From NCBI GenBank assembly GCA_963710605.1, contig CAVQBA010000006.1, positions 416,001 through 480,000 on the forward strand: 64,000 nt of DNA, in the 5' to 3' direction. The stretch's first letter is position 1; each line of letters begins with the position of its first letter. Positions 35,521 through 47,282 of this stretch are shown here, piece by piece. Position numbers and translations under genes: made by a program. Below the pieces are notes generated by a model, which saw nothing but the letters and a program-made list of their open reading frames with translations, was not told the origin of the DNA and made no database searches. The stretch is from an uncultured cyanobacterium (lineage in GTDB: Bacteria > Cyanobacteriota > Cyanobacteriia > Cyanobacteriales > Cyanobacteriaceae).

Positions 35521-36828
35521 TTATTCAGATAAAATATTATCAATATTACCAATGAAAGGAATTGCACCATATTTACCTTTAATATAATCAGATTCAAAAG
35601 GAGTATCTTCAGGAACATCATATTCGACTAAAGAATATAAATCTGTTGCACCTTCTTTGTCTTTCTCTGTAAACCAAATTTGATCTCTTCTTAATAATTG
35701 ACCACCAAATAACTTTCGATTTAACAAGTTCGTATCATGAGTTGTAAAAATTAACTGTGCATTTTCTTTGTTATGTTCTTTAGAGTTAAACAATTCTATC
35801 AATTTATGAGTTATGGAAGGATGTAATCTTGTATCTAATTCATCAATAATTAATATCTCTTCAGAAGTTAAAACTCTTAAAAAAAGAGGAATAAAATAAA
35901 ACATTTTTTTTGTTCCTTCTGATTCATTTTGTTCCAAATCAAAATTTACTTGACCAACAACTTTACCTTCTTTGTTATATTTTTGATGCGATGTAACAAC
36001 ATTAATAGATTCAACTTCTTGAGATGATTTTAATAAAAAAGATTTTAATTCTGGTGGTAAAGCTGAGTTATCTAAATCAACTTTTTCTTTACTAATACTC
36101 AAATTATCGATTGAAAAGTCTAATTCTTTGATAACTGTCAAAGTATCTTTCTTTATTCCTTCTGATTCTAATAGTTGTAAAGCATTATTTTTATTAAAAT
36201 TATCATAAATTCCTAGTCCTGAAATCACTAATAACTTATCAAACCATGTCACTATTATTGTTGATATTTTGCCATTAAATTGTGAACAAACAGATATAAA
36301 AAGAGAGTTTGGCTTGGTTTGTTCGATTGAATTAAATCCTTCTTTGAAAAATTTTTTGCTTATAAACGTAAAATTTTGATTTTCTCGTTCAAATAATCTA
36401 TATTCTTTTTGATGAAGAGTCTGACAAAGCCATTCTTTAATGACAGCTTTTGATGAAACCTCGAACCCATATCGATAAATTCTGTCATCAAAATAAAAGA
36501 TAATTTGAAAAAAACTTGGTTGATTTTCTGTTTCCGTATTTAGTCTGAAAGATTCAACAGGTATTAAATCTGTGATTTGCATTTTTGTCGAAGAATTAAT
36601 CACAAAATATCTCATAAAACCTATAGCTTTGGTTAAATTACTTTTACCACTAGCATTAGCACCATAGATAGCAGTTGATTTTAATAAGCTCAATTCTTCA
36701 TTAACACTAAAAACATTATTTTTATCAACATCTTCATCTTCGCTATGTATTTCATCAGAAGCAACCATGCTGAATGTAACTTTATCTTTAAAGGATAAAA
36801 AATTGGCAACTTGAAACTCTATCAGCAT
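35521..36828 (-). CDS. AAA_21 ABC-type ATPase (RloA-like partner of RloB)
   Basis: NFLSFKD, GANASGKSN, ESEGTKK, IIDELD..LHP, QLIFTTHD, Y.KGKYGAIP. Confidence 0.88.
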   Translation of the reverse strand: MLIEFQVANFLSFKDKVTFSMVASDEIHSEDEDVDKNNVFSVNEELSLLKSTAIYGANASGKSNLTKAIGFMRYFVINSSTKMQITDLIPVESFRLNTETENQPSFFQIIFYFDDRIYRYGFEVSSKAVIKEWLCQTLHQKEYRLFERENQNFTFISKKFFKEGFNSIEQTKPNSLFISVCSQFNGKISTIIVTWFDKLLVISGLGIYDNFNKNNALQLLESEGIKKDTLTVIKELDFSIDNLSISKEKVDLDNSALPPELKSFLLKSSQEVESINVVTSHQKYNKEGKVVGQVNFDLEQNESEGTKKMFYFIPLFLRVLTSEEILIIDELDTRLHPSITHKLIELFNSKEHNKENAQLIFTTHDTNLLNRKLFGGQLLRRDQIWFTEKDKEGATDLYSLVEYDVPEDTPFESDYIKGKYGAIPFIGNIDNILSE

Positions 36829-37074
36829 GAATTATAACTTGTTTTGATTTTCTAAAAAATTGCTTGATACAACTAGATTACTACAGGTAAGTAGTAATTT
36901 GAGTACGAAATATACAACTACCTTCACAATAGCCGTCGATCGTTTGCCTAAACAACCTAAAAATTATAAAATCATAAAATCTCATGACTTATGCTTTCTT
37001 TACTAAAGTTGAGTAGCCAAATTAAGCATAAGCTAATTACATTAACAAGATAAAAAAAATATATAGAAACAATA

Positions 37075-37800
37075 GTGAGAAAAATTATTATCGCTGGTAA
37101 CTGGAAAATGTATAAGACTCAAGCTGAGTCTATGGAATTTTTAAAGAATTTTTTCCCTTTTTTAGAAGAAACAAGAGATAGTACTGAAGTAGTATTGTGT
37201 GTTCCTTTTACAACTTTAAATTTGATGTCCAAAAATCTACATGGTAGTCTGATAAAGTTAGGTGCTCAGAATATTCACTGGGAAACAGAAGGTGCATTTA
37301 CTGGCGAAATATCAGGCGAAATGCTTGATGAAGTAGGAATTGATTATGTTATTGTCGGTCATAGCGAGCGTCGTCAATACTTTGGTGAAACTAACGAAAC
37401 AGTGAACAAACGTTTGTTAGCGGCTCAAAAATATGGCATTACTCCTATTTTATGTGTAGGTGAAAGTAAAGCTCAAAGAGATGCAGGAGAAACCGAATCT
37501 GTAATTATCGAGCAGTTAAAAGAAGGTTTGGTTGATGTCGATCAAAATAATTTAGTTATCGCTTACGAGCCTATTTGGGCGATCGGTACGGGCGATACTT
37601 GCGAAGCGAAAGAGGCTAATCGAGTTATTGGTGTGATTCGCTCTCAACTCAAAAACCAAGATGTAACTATTCAATATGGTGGCTCTGTTAAACCGCAAAA
37701 TGTTGATGAAATTATGGCTCAATCAGAGATTGATGGTGCTTTAGTTGGTGGTGCTAGTTTAACTCCCGATAGTTTTGCTCGTTTGGTTAATTACGAGTAA
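37075..37800 (+). CDS. tpiA: Triosephosphate isomerase
   Basis: [35 protein letters not shown]. Confidence 0.98.
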   Translation: MRKIIIAGNWKMYKTQAESMEFLKNFFPFLEETRDSTEVVLCVPFTTLNLMSKNLHGSLIKLGAQNIHWETEGAFTGEISGEMLDEVGIDYVIVGHSERRQYFGETNETVNKRLLAAQKYGITPILCVGESKAQRDAGETESVIIEQLKEGLVDVDQNNLVIAYEPIWAIGTGDTCEAKEANRVIGVIRSQLKNQDVTIQYGGSVKPQNVDEIMAQSEIDGALVGGASLTPDSFARLVNYE

Positions 37801-37809
37801 ATAGATCTA

Positions 37810-37867
37810 AATCCCCCACCCCTCTGCCTATCGGCATCTCCCCTTTCAAGGGGAGATTAAGGGACTT
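37810..37867. repeat. G/C-hairpin repeat related to the 20526-20580 core
   Basis: atcccccacccctctgcctatcggcatctcccctttcaaggggagattaagggactt. Confidence 0.65.
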
Positions 37868-37968
37868 GTAACAATAACTTTTGCCAATTTTATTTTAATT
37901 GTTATAACCATTAATTCCTAAAATAAGGGTTCTTTGCCCTTACTACAAACAAGAGTAAAATTCTTCTA

Positions 37969-38817
37969 ATGTCTAATTTTTTGCAGATTAGAAATCAAGT
38001 CTTAGAATGGGGTAAACGTACCTATATTATGGGTATTCTCAATGTTACTCCCGATAGTTTTAGTGACGGTGGAGATTACCATGTTTTAGATAAAGCGATC
38101 GCACAAGCAGAAAATATGATTGCTGAGGGTGCTGATATTATTGATATTGGCGGACAATCAACTCGCCCAGGTGCAGAGCAAATTACTGTTACTGAAGAGT
38201 TAAATAGAGTTATCCCTATAGTCGAAGCCTTACGAAAACGATCGGATGTTATCATTTCTGTTGATACAACTAGAGCAGAAGTAGCACAAAAAGCGATCGA
38301 GGCAGGAGCAGATCTTATTAATGATATATCGGGGGCAACTTTCGATTCTAATATGTTATCCGTTATCGCTAATCTAGAAGTACCGATTATTTTAATGCAC
38401 ATCAAGGGTACTCCTGTCAATATGCAAAGCATGACTAATTATCAAGACTTAATTAAGGAAGTTAAAGATTTTTTATTAGAACGAATTGAAATTGCTTTAA
38501 AATTAGGTATTAAAAAAGAACACTTAATAATCGATCCCGGAATTGGCTTTGCTAAAAACTACGAGCAGAATATAACTATACTGCGTAATATAGCCAGTTT
38601 CAAACAATTAGGTTATCCCGTTTTAATCGGTACATCTCGTAAAAGTTTTATCGGTCAAATTTTACAACAACCACAACCAAAAGATCGTGTTTGGGGTACA
38701 GCAGGTAGTTGTAGTTATGCGATCGTTCAAGGTGCTGACATACTCAGAGTTCATGATGTTGCTATCATGACTGATGTGGCTAAAGTCACCGATACTATCC
38801 ACCGCCTTAACAGTTAA
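37969..38817 (+). CDS. folP: Dihydropteroate synthase
   Basis: MGILNVTPDSFSDGG, DIGGQSTRPG, IDPGIGFAK, GTSRKSF, RVHDV. Confidence 0.97.
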   Translation: MSNFLQIRNQVLEWGKRTYIMGILNVTPDSFSDGGDYHVLDKAIAQAENMIAEGADIIDIGGQSTRPGAEQITVTEELNRVIPIVEALRKRSDVIISVDTTRAEVAQKAIEAGADLINDISGATFDSNMLSVIANLEVPIILMHIKGTPVNMQSMTNYQDLIKEVKDFLLERIEIALKLGIKKEHLIIDPGIGFAKNYEQNITILRNIASFKQLGYPVLIGTSRKSFIGQILQQPQPKDRVWGTAGSCSYAIVQGADILRVHDVAIMTDVAKVTDTIHRLNS

Positions 38818-38909
38818 CAATTAACTAAATTCTTCTTACTCATTACTCCTTACTCCTTACTCCTTACTCAAAAAAACTCTTAACTCTTAACTTTTAACTT
38901 CAAAAAATC

Positions 38910-40058
38910 GTGGCTTCATTAGATGAATATTTAGGCGAATCTTTAAATACAATTAAACGTGCTAATTGGTATCGGCAAGAACAATTAATTAGCTCAATGC
39001 CTTCTGCTGTAGTCGAAATAGAAGGGCGAAAACTGGTTAATTTTGCTAGTAATGACTATCTGGGTTTAGCTAGTGACAAACGTTTAATTACGGCGGTAAA
39101 GAATGCGGTTGAGCAGTATGGTACGGGTAGTACTGGTTCTCGTTTATTAAGCGGTCATCGATCGTTACATCATACTTTAGAAAAATCGATCGCACTCTGG
39201 AAAAAAAGTCAAGACGCTTTAGTTTTTAGTTCAGGATATACCGCAAATTTAGGCACAATAACCGCTCTGGTTAATAAAAAAGATTTGATTCTAGCTGATG
39301 AATATAATCACTCTAGTCTTAAAAATGGAGCAAAACTCAGTCAAGCTAATGTAATTAACTACCAACATTGTCATAGCCAAGATTTAGTCAAAAAACTAAC
39401 TACTCATCGAGATAATTATCGTCATTGCTTAATTGTTACCGATAGTGTTTTTAGTATGGATGGTGATTTATGTCCTTTACCCGAACTAATTGCGATCGCT
39501 CACAAGTTTGATTGTTGGTTATTAATTGACGATGCCCACGCCACAGGAGTAATCGGTAAAACGGGTGCAGGAAGTTTAGAACATTTTGGCATTCAAACTG
39601 ATAATGTTATTCAAATTGGTACTTTAAGTAAAGCTATTGGTAGTTTGGGCGGTTATGTTTCAGGAAGCTCAATTTTGATTGATTTTTTACGCAATCGTTG
39701 CCCTACTTGGATTTATACCACCGCCCTTTCTCCTGCGGATACCGCCGCGGCGATCGCTGGAATTGAGGTAATTAGAAGCGAACCCGATCGTCGAAAACAA
39801 TTATGGCACAATATTAATACTTTAAAACAACGGCTAAAACAATTAAATTTGGACTTTTTCCCTTCCGATTCAGCTATTATTTGTTTGAAGTCAAAAACAG
39901 CAACTTCTGCTCTAGAATTATCCTCTAAGTTGCGTAGCGAAGGTTTTTGGATACCTGCTATCCGTCCTCCTACTGTTCCTACTAGTCGTCTGCGTTTTTC
40001 GGTGATGACAACTCATCAAACAGAGCAAATCGATCGACTACACAAAATCCTTACATAA
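38910..40058 (+). CDS. bioF: 8-amino-7-oxononanoate synthase
   Basis: [47 protein letters not shown]. Confidence 0.95.
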   Translation: MASLDEYLGESLNTIKRANWYRQEQLISSMPSAVVEIEGRKLVNFASNDYLGLASDKRLITAVKNAVEQYGTGSTGSRLLSGHRSLHHTLEKSIALWKKSQDALVFSSGYTANLGTITALVNKKDLILADEYNHSSLKNGAKLSQANVINYQHCHSQDLVKKLTTHRDNYRHCLIVTDSVFSMDGDLCPLPELIAIAHKFDCWLLIDDAHATGVIGKTGAGSLEHFGIQTDNVIQIGTLSKAIGSLGGYVSGSSILIDFLRNRCPTWIYTTALSPADTAAAIAGIEVIRSEPDRRKQLWHNINTLKQRLKQLNLDFFPSDSAIICLKSKTATSALELSSKLRSEGFWIPAIRPPTVPTSRLRFSVMTTHQTEQIDRLHKILT

Positions 40059-40219
40059 TCAATAATTAATTATCTTACTAGTTTGAGTGTTTGACTTTCA
40101 ACTCTCAACTCTTAACTCTTAACTTATTAGTTGGTTAACTTTTACAAAAAAAGCAGTTAGGATCTTGATAATCCATTAAAATTAAGCACATAGTTACTCA
40201 GAAAAATCTTGTTATTATT

Positions 40220-41182
40220 ATGCGAATTTTAACTCTCATACCAGGTGGGATTAGCGACCAAATTTTGTTTTTTCCTACCTTACAAACTTTGAGCGAACAA
40301 TATCCGGATGCATCGATCGATGTAATGGTTGAACCACGTTCAAAAAGTACTTATAGAGTTTGTAAAAATGTTCAAGAAGTTTTAGTTTTTGATTTTCAAG
40401 ATCGTAACGGTTTAGCTGACTATCTTAACTTGTTGGGTATGATTAGAGATAGAGAGTATGAAGTTGTGATTACGATGGAGAAAAACTGGGTAATTAGTTT
40501 CTTACTCTGGTTGAATGGTATTCCTGAACGTATAGGTTATGAATATAGTAACTCTTTATTCTTAAACAAAATCGTACCTCTAAAGGAAAAACAATACAAC
40601 GCTTTTATGTATCACGATTTACTTAAGGGTTTAGATATTAATACCCCTTGTCCAGAATTAAGTATTAATGTACCAAAAGAGGATATTGATTGGGCTCAAT
40701 CACAGCAAAGATTATTAGACATTACATCGGGTTATATATTAATTCATGGTGGGGCATCTCCTCTTACTGTTGTTCAAGGGATTAATAAAATATATCCTGT
40801 ACCACAATGGCAAAGAATCATTGAAGATATTCAGATGAAACAACCAGAGCAAATATCGATCGTCTTATTATGTGGTCCAGATGATGTTCGGTGGACTGCT
40901 GAAGTGTTAAATGTTTGCCCTAATGTTAAGGTAGTTAATACTCCTGATATTGGTAAATTAGCGGCGATGATTGCGGGGGCTAATCTCATGTTATGTACCG
41001 ATAGTGCACCGATGCAGTTAGCTGTAGCTGTTGGGACTTATACGATCGCATTATTTGGTCCGACTAAATCTGAAAAACTTTTACCTCCTCAAAGCGATCG
41101 TTTTATCGGGCTTCAATCACTTAGCGATCAAATTGGCGATATTCCGACTGACAAAATTCTTGAACAAATCTGGAAACAATGA
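40220..41182 (+). CDS. Glycosyltransferase family 9 (heptosyltransferase-like)
   Basis: PGGISDQILFFPTL, LCTDSAPMQLAVAVGT..IALFGPT. Confidence 0.88.
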   Translation: MRILTLIPGGISDQILFFPTLQTLSEQYPDASIDVMVEPRSKSTYRVCKNVQEVLVFDFQDRNGLADYLNLLGMIRDREYEVVITMEKNWVISFLLWLNGIPERIGYEYSNSLFLNKIVPLKEKQYNAFMYHDLLKGLDINTPCPELSINVPKEDIDWAQSQQRLLDITSGYILIHGGASPLTVVQGINKIYPVPQWQRIIEDIQMKQPEQISIVLLCGPDDVRWTAEVLNVCPNVKVVNTPDIGKLAAMIAGANLMLCTDSAPMQLAVAVGTYTIALFGPTKSEKLLPPQSDRFIGLQSLSDQIGDIPTDKILEQIWKQ

Positions 41183-41424
41183 TTTAGGAGTAACAAGTAA
41201 GCAGTAAGGAGTAAGGAGTTAAGAGTTACAGCGAAAAATAGTTATTTAATTGGGATATTTGCCAAGTAATTATGAACCGTTTTAATTTTCGCTCCAAAGT
41301 TAACTTTAGTTAACGCACATGATTAGCCTTGAACTTAAGTTCAAGGCCAGAGTAAAACAGTTATAGCAACGCCAGAATTAGTAAAGAGGTAATAATTAAT
41401 TATTAATTATTAATTATAATATGC

Positions 41425-43320
41425 CTACTTTTTATCTTTGTTAGAAATAGGATAAGAAGGGGGTACGCCTTTAATACTAATAATTGAATCAATCACTTCT
41501 TTAACTATTGGTGCGGCTACTGTCGAACCGTAAGTATTTCCGCCCTTTGGTTCGTCTATGACAGAAACAATTACATAACGGGGTTTGTCGGTAGGAAAAA
41601 TAGAGACAAAACTGGTTATTTTTGCTGTCGCTTGATATCTACCTTTACCATCATGTTTTTGTGCTGTACCTGTTTTACCACCTATATGATAACCATCAGT
41701 TATTGCGGCTTTACCTGAACCGTTAACTACTACAGATTGCATCATTTTGACCACACTTAATGCTGATTCTTCTTTAAAAACTCTTTTACTTTCAAATTCA
41801 GGAATTTTCTCTAACTCTCCTTGAGCATTAACTAAACCTTTGACGATATGAGGAGTAACTAAAATACCACCATTAGCTAAAGCCGCATGAAGTTGAACTA
41901 GTTTTAGTGGTGTCATCGAAAACCCTTGCCCGAATGCAGATACCGCAGGTTCGATCTCTCTGGCTGTAAAAATAGATTTTGATTTAAGATATCCTGTAGC
42001 TTCAAAAGGCATATCTACTCCCATTAATTGATCTAAACCTAATTCTTTGAGTCTTTGGTAATATTTTTGTCAATCGATTTTACGCATTGTGTGAACCATG
42101 CCTGTGTTACTAGAAACTTCTAAAACTTTGGTAATACTTACCCAACCTAACCCTCGCTTAGAAGCATTAGAAATTGGCCAACCATCAACCACAAGAGAAG
42201 CCGCATCTAAAATTTGGCTATTGGGATTGATTACACCTTCATCTAAGGCAATTGCTACATTAATTGGTTTAAAAGTTGATCCTGGCTCATAACTATCTGT
42301 TACTGCCCAATTATTAAATAAAGATAAATCGTAGCGAAAATATTCATTAGGGTTATAAGTTGGTTCACAGGCTAAGGCTATTATCTCACCGTTATTCACA
42401 TCCATTACGATCGTCACACCTCTTTTGGCGTTAAACTTTTGTAATTGGCTTTTTAAACTATCTCTAACGGCTCTTTGTAAACGTAAATCTAAAGTAAGTT
42501 GTAATTGTAAATCATCTAATTTAACGATACCTTCTGGTAAAGAAGAGGGAATAAATTCACCTTGTCCGTTTTGACGCACCCTTACCATTGCCTTTACTTC
42601 AGGTTGATCTAAATTTCTTTCTATCCATTCTCTTTGACTATATTCAACACCTGCTTGACCAATATGTTCGGTATTTACATACCCTAAGATATCAGCAAAA
42701 AGCTCTTCTTGAGGATAAAAACGAGTATAACGACGTTCAAAATCAACTCCATCTAATTTTAAGCGTCTAATTCTTTGAGCATGTTCTTCACTAATATTTT
42801 TACCTAACAAAACTCCTGTGTTTTTACTATTAATTAGGTTAAGAATTTGTTGTTTATCTCGGTCAACTAAAATTTGAGCTAATTTTTCAGCAATCAAATC
42901 ATTCCAATTTTGACCCGTTGCAGATACTTCTTCTTTTAAATCTTCATCTTTTTGGATGATAACTGGATGTAGATAGATATTATAAACTAGTTTGTCTAAA
43001 CCAATCACATTACCATTCGCATCAACAATCGAACGACGAGGAATATAAGGGCGAAAATTCGATGTTTGTTGTTGATTTGCCCGTTTTGGCAGATTAATCG
43101 TATTACCTTCGGCGGTAGTTACTTCTTGTTGTATTTGTAATTTATATAATCGCCATCCCAATCCACTGACACCTGTAATTAAAACTAACCACACAATGAC
43201 AAGTCTTAGCCAAGAATCAAAATCAATGTTTAAATTCATTGATTTTAACAAGCTACTATTTTTGATTGTTACTAAAATATTGTTTTGACGGGAATTAGAT
43301 TTATAAACTTTCATCGGCAA
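41425..43320 (-). CDS. ftsI: Class B penicillin-binding protein FtsI (in-frame TGA at 42070-42072 probably an error)
   Basis: RRSIVD.NG, R.YPQ, YEPGSTFK (SxxK), SSN (SxN), KTGTAQK; the two track ORFs are in the same frame. Confidence 0.88.
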
Positions 43321-43322
43321 AA

Positions 43323-43868
43323 TTAATATGCTACAGGGGAAACAGAATTAAGAATAACTTTAGGTTGTACTGTTGTTGTTGTATTTAACTTAATCGGTTT
43401 AGTTGGTGTGTCGGGTAAGAAGATTGGTTGCTCATTAGGGTTAGGTTTGACAAAACCCGATTGATCATTGTCTGCTGAATTAGCTAGTCTGTTTTTAAGC
43501 ATTTCTTCTGTATAAGTGAATTGTCTTTCTTGTTTTTGAAGTTGTTGTAATTCACTGTGTTTTTGACTCCATAATTTAGGAGCATAAACTGTCATGCCAT
43601 ACATTACTAAGGTAGCCGCTACGGTAGCATAACACACTATTGCTGAACTATGATTAAGATAGATCAAACTCTTTAACCACAAAGGTGTATTGACAGTTGG
43701 TGTTGGTGTTGAATCAATTTTAACTGCTTTTTTTTCTGGGGTTGTTTTACTGGTTATTGATTGTACTTTAGATGAGTTGTTAACAACATTGACAGGTTTG
43801 GAGTATTTTTTGCGTCTGACAACGTTTCTACCTCTTAATTTTGCTGGTGGAAGATCTCGGAGTAACAT
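43323..43868 (-). CDS. FtsL-like TM + coiled-coil protein upstream of ftsI
   Basis: TM segment, then WSQKHSELQQLQKQERQF coiled coil; position immediately 5' of ftsI. Confidence 0.55.
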   Translation of the reverse strand: MLLRDLPPAKLRGRNVVRRKKYSKPVNVVNNSSKVQSITSKTTPEKKAVKIDSTPTPTVNTPLWLKSLIYLNHSSAIVCYATVAATLVMYGMTVYAPKLWSQKHSELQQLQKQERQFTYTEEMLKNRLANSADNDQSGFVKPNPNEQPIFLPDTPTKPIKLNTTTTVQPKVILNSVSPVAY

Positions 43869-44204
43869 AATCAAAGTTCCTTCAATATGGTTCTGTGTGA
43901 ATAATAATAGTAAATATAACAAAAATGATCTTTTTTTTGATCTTTCTCTAGTTTGAATATTAAATTAGTTTTTTAGTACTAATTATTAATTGTGTTATAC
44001 TGGCTCAACCAACAATAATGAAAACAAGATTAGCTGATTGTTAATTTAATTTATTTAAATAAAAGCTTTATCTAGTAATGGTTACAAGATTTTTTATCCA
44101 AAATCTTTTCGATTGGATTATATTTTTGACTCTTAAATTGCATAACGATCGTCAATTGTATATATTTGTAAAGAAATAGTTAGCACTTTTTAGTTAATGA
44201 TAAC

Positions 44205-45002
44205 TTATCCTTTATGACGAGCGTTAATTAACCCTCTTCTACCTTGATGATTAATTGAAGTATTCATAAATTGATAAAGGTGATTGATATGTTCGTTATC
44301 GGTAGTCATTGGCGAGATTTTTTCTAATGCTTGAACGATCGTATTTCCTGAACGGTATAACAGAGAATAAGTTTTTTTCATTAAAGATATTTCCTCACTA
44401 GAAAAACTATTTCGTCTCAAAGCCACCAAATTGAGCGAACGTACATGAGAAGGATTCCCTTCAACTAACATATAAGGAGGAACATCTCGATCGATTCGAC
44501 TCATCCCACCAAGCATTGCCATGCGACCAATTTTGACAAACTGATGAACACCTAGCATCCCACCGATAACAGCCTTGGATTCCACCTCTACATGACCTGC
44601 AAGGGCGACAGAATTAGCAATAACGATCCGATCGCCTAAAATGCAATTGTGAGCCACATGAACATAAGCCATCAATAAATTATCATTCCCAATTACAGTT
44701 TCTTCTCCTTCTCCTGTCGCCCGATTAATAGTGACATATTCACGAAAAGTATTGCGATCGCCAATTTTGACAGAACTTTTTCCCCCCTTATATTTTAAAT
44801 CTTGAGGAGCAAGACCGATCGCCGCCCCCGGAAAAATATGATTATCACAACCTATTTCTGTTGAGCCAGAAATGACGACATGAGCACCAATAGTAGTATT
44901 CGCACCAATTTTTACATCAGCACCAATAACAGCATAGGGTGCAACTTCTACAGTCGGGTGAAGTTGGGCTTTAGAATCGATAATGGCAGTAGGATGTATC
45001 AC
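44205..45002 (-). CDS. lpxA: UDP-N-acetylglucosamine acyltransferase
   Basis: IHPTAII, PQDLKYKG, REYVTINRAT, MAYVHVAHNC, hexapeptide repeats. Confidence 0.96.
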   Translation of the reverse strand: MIHPTAIIDSKAQLHPTVEVAPYAVIGADVKIGANTTIGAHVVISGSTEIGCDNHIFPGAAIGLAPQDLKYKGGKSSVKIGDRNTFREYVTINRATGEGEETVIGNDNLLMAYVHVAHNCILGDRIVIANSVALAGHVEVESKAVIGGMLGVHQFVKIGRMAMLGGMSRIDRDVPPYMLVEGNPSHVRSLNLVALRRNSFSSEEISLMKKTYSLLYRSGNTIVQALEKISPMTTDNEHINHLYQFMNTSINHQGRRGLINARHKG

Positions 45003-45161
45003 GAATAATTAATAATTAATAATTGATAGTTGATAATTATAGTCCTCAATCATTTGTCAAAAAACAGGCGATCGATAAAAGAGATTCGCACAAAAAAACA
45101 AACTTATGTTGTCTTTAATATTTTTGGCAACTTAAATTATATCCGAGACTGAAATAAAAAA

Positions 45162-45617
45162 TTAATCAAGTAAAGAAAATAACATCTCGGCTTGTACTGC
45201 TACTTGACCATCTACAGTACCTTTACCTTGCATTTTAGCAATTCGCTGACGTTTAAATGAAAGTAGTTCAACTGTCATTATTAATTGATCTCCGGGGACA
45301 ACTTGACGACGAAAACGTGCTTTATCAATTCCAGCAAAAGCAAAAAATTTACCTTTCATTCCTGGTAACAAAGTTAAAATAACTCCTCCTACTTGTGCCA
45401 TTGCTTCTACTTGTAACACACCCGGCATTAATGGTTTAGTTGGTATATGTCCGGGGAAAAAAGGTTCATTAATTGTTACATTTTTGATTCCTACCGCTTT
45501 TTCTTCAGGTACATAGTCAATAATTCGATCGACTAAAGCAAAAGGATAACGATGGGGTAATAACTCTTGAATTTCGGTGACGGAGAAAGTTGTTTTTATC
45601 GGTTGTGTTTCGACCAT
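45162..45617 (-). CDS. fabZ: 3-hydroxyacyl-ACP dehydratase
   Basis: [38 protein letters not shown]. Confidence 0.97.
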   Translation of the reverse strand: MVETQPIKTTFSVTEIQELLPHRYPFALVDRIIDYVPEEKAVGIKNVTINEPFFPGHIPTKPLMPGVLQVEAMAQVGGVILTLLPGMKGKFFAFAGIDKARFRRQVVPGDQLIMTVELLSFKRQRIAKMQGKGTVDGQVAVQAEMLFSLLD

Positions 45618-45897
45618 TGCACAATATAAGTAATGACTTGGATGTTTGATAGCTGTTAAATGGCTATACTTTAAGCCTTCAATAGAATATCACGCTAATG
45701 GACAATGAACAATTATCAATTAGTAATCGCATAACATACTATAGTCTTACTAGATAATTATGTATTTGGAACAAGAAAAAACAATCACTTTTATCAAATA
45801 AGAAATATTAATTATTAATTATCGCCACCTTTTTTGCATATACTAAAAAATAAAGACCGATAAATTGGTAAACGTTCTCAAAATACTTTTAACCTAA

Positions 45898-46312
45898 ATG
45901 AGCAACAAAAGTATAACAGTTCCATTCGATTCGATCTATTCCAGGCTATGCCGAATTATCCGAATGGCCGAAACAACCTGGATTTCCCGAAACTATTTTG
46001 TATCTATCTACATATCGAGATGGTGGTACTGTCGGGGTGGGTATCAAAGGTAAAAAAGGTAATCATAGTATAGACTTTTTCTTCGATCGATTTTTAGGAC
46101 GACTTTGTTATGGTAAGGATGAAACTAAATTTGATGCAGCCTATATAAAGCGAGGTTCAAAATTTGAGAAGGAAGTTTACTCATATTTACAGACGGCTCG
46201 AAAGAGACTCAATCCCGATAAATGTCATCCAGCGATTTTAAATATTGAACTTTTCGATAAGTGCTTTCAAAAAGCCAAAGTGTATTCTGGTTACACAAAT
46301 ACAAATACTTAA
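45898..46312 (+). CDS. Hypothetical protein (true start probably ATG 45898; apparent +1 at CGAT(T)CGATC ~45930)
   Basis: Removing one T joins MSNKSITVPFDRSIPGYAELSEWPKQPGFPETIL to the 104-aa track ORF. Confidence 0.55.
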
Positions 46313-46466
46313 GATAGCAACAAACAAGTCAGTTAGGACACCTTGAGCGATTTCCCCTCCTTATTAAGGAGGAGGGACTGTCATCTGAATTTAATTCAGA
46401 TGAATGTCAACGCCCCGTAGGGTTAGGGGTGGTTAAACGTCAAGAGCGAACTCATTATCCGCTATA
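46313..46466. mobile_element. ATAGC...GCTATA MITE-like element with nested ~46-bp insert
   Basis: Hairpin CCCCTCCTT..AAGGAGG interrupted by AGGGACTGTCATCTGAATTTAATTCAGATG...GCCCCGT. Confidence 0.6.
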
Positions 46467-46553
46467 AAAAGCTGTTTACTGACAGATACTTTACACAGCT
46501 TCAATTATAAGCACGATACGATTTAGACTTAAGTATTAAGAGCAAGCCTTTTT

Positions 46554-47014
46554 ATGAACGAACCGTTATTTAAAAATGTCCAGAATGAAGATGAGGAGAG
46601 ATTAAGAGCATATTCTCAAGCAGAGTCAACAATTACAGATTTTATTACATTAGTAAGGTCTAATATTAGTGCCGTTTATATGGCTAAGCTAAAATTTAGA
46701 GAATCTAGATTTATCTGAAAAATTAGGAGAGGATAGATTTTTATATTTATGGCTTTGCGATGTTTACTTTCATGAAGACGAAGATATGTTATCTGGTGAG
46801 TTTTTTGAAATACCAAAAGAGTTGAGGAAATGGCATCAAGTAGGGCAAAGATTAGCATTCGAATCGAGAAGATGTTTTTGATTGGATGGTAATTGAAAAT
46901 GGTCATGCTAAAGGTGGATTTACAATTCGTCTCACGAGAAATAAATTAGCCACAGAAACAGAAAAATTAGAATATGACGAATACGTGGGAATTTCATCAT
47001 ACGAGCCAATCTAA
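46554..47014 (+). CDS. DUF2314/YegJ-like protein, missed by the ORF track (two apparent +1 errors, GATC read as GAATC)
   Basis: Reconstructed MNEPLF...AKLKFRD...YLWL.DV...EDVFDWMVIENGHAKGGFTIR...; 461 nt = 153 codons + 2. Confidence 0.7.
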
Positions 47015-47037
47015 GTTATGGCAAAGGGCAAAAGTCA

Positions 47038-47188
47038 ACCACCCCTAACCCCTCCTTCTAAAGGAGGGGGATTAGATACAGAGTTAAATGGAATGGCTTC
47101 AACAGACGATCGATGGCATAATTAAAACTAGTCTCCCCTAACAGGAGAGATGCCGTTCACGGGGTTAGGGGTGGTTAGAAACGCTATC
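47038..47188. repeat. Pair of G/C-hairpin repeats in inverted arrangement
   Basis: ACCACCCCTAACCCCTCCTT..AAGGAGGGGG and ...GGGGTTAGGGGTGGTT. Confidence 0.6.
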
Positions 47189-47282
47189 AATTAGTCGGTA
47201 TTTTTGGTTCGTGATATTTTATTAATTGCTGGAGTGTGCCTCGCCCTACTAAGTAGTTTTAGTAATTTTAGTCTGGTACGAT

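Noticed and set aside
42070-42072. In-frame TGA as selenocysteine, readthrough or alternative genetic code (also 26103, 48388)
   Set aside because: Each is GAT-TGA, a one-base change from GAT-CGA (Arg) in CGATCG; TGA is used as a normal stop in other genes here
30290-45040. TAATTAT/TAATTGA, TTACTCC and TTAACTC heptamer runs at gene ends (30290, 32258, 38835, 40105, 41390, 45005)
   Set aside because: Ordinary cyanobacterial short tandem repeats; no sign of a distinct system
46676-46906. 76-aa minus-strand ORF
   Set aside because: Antisense to the reconstructed DUF2314-like gene
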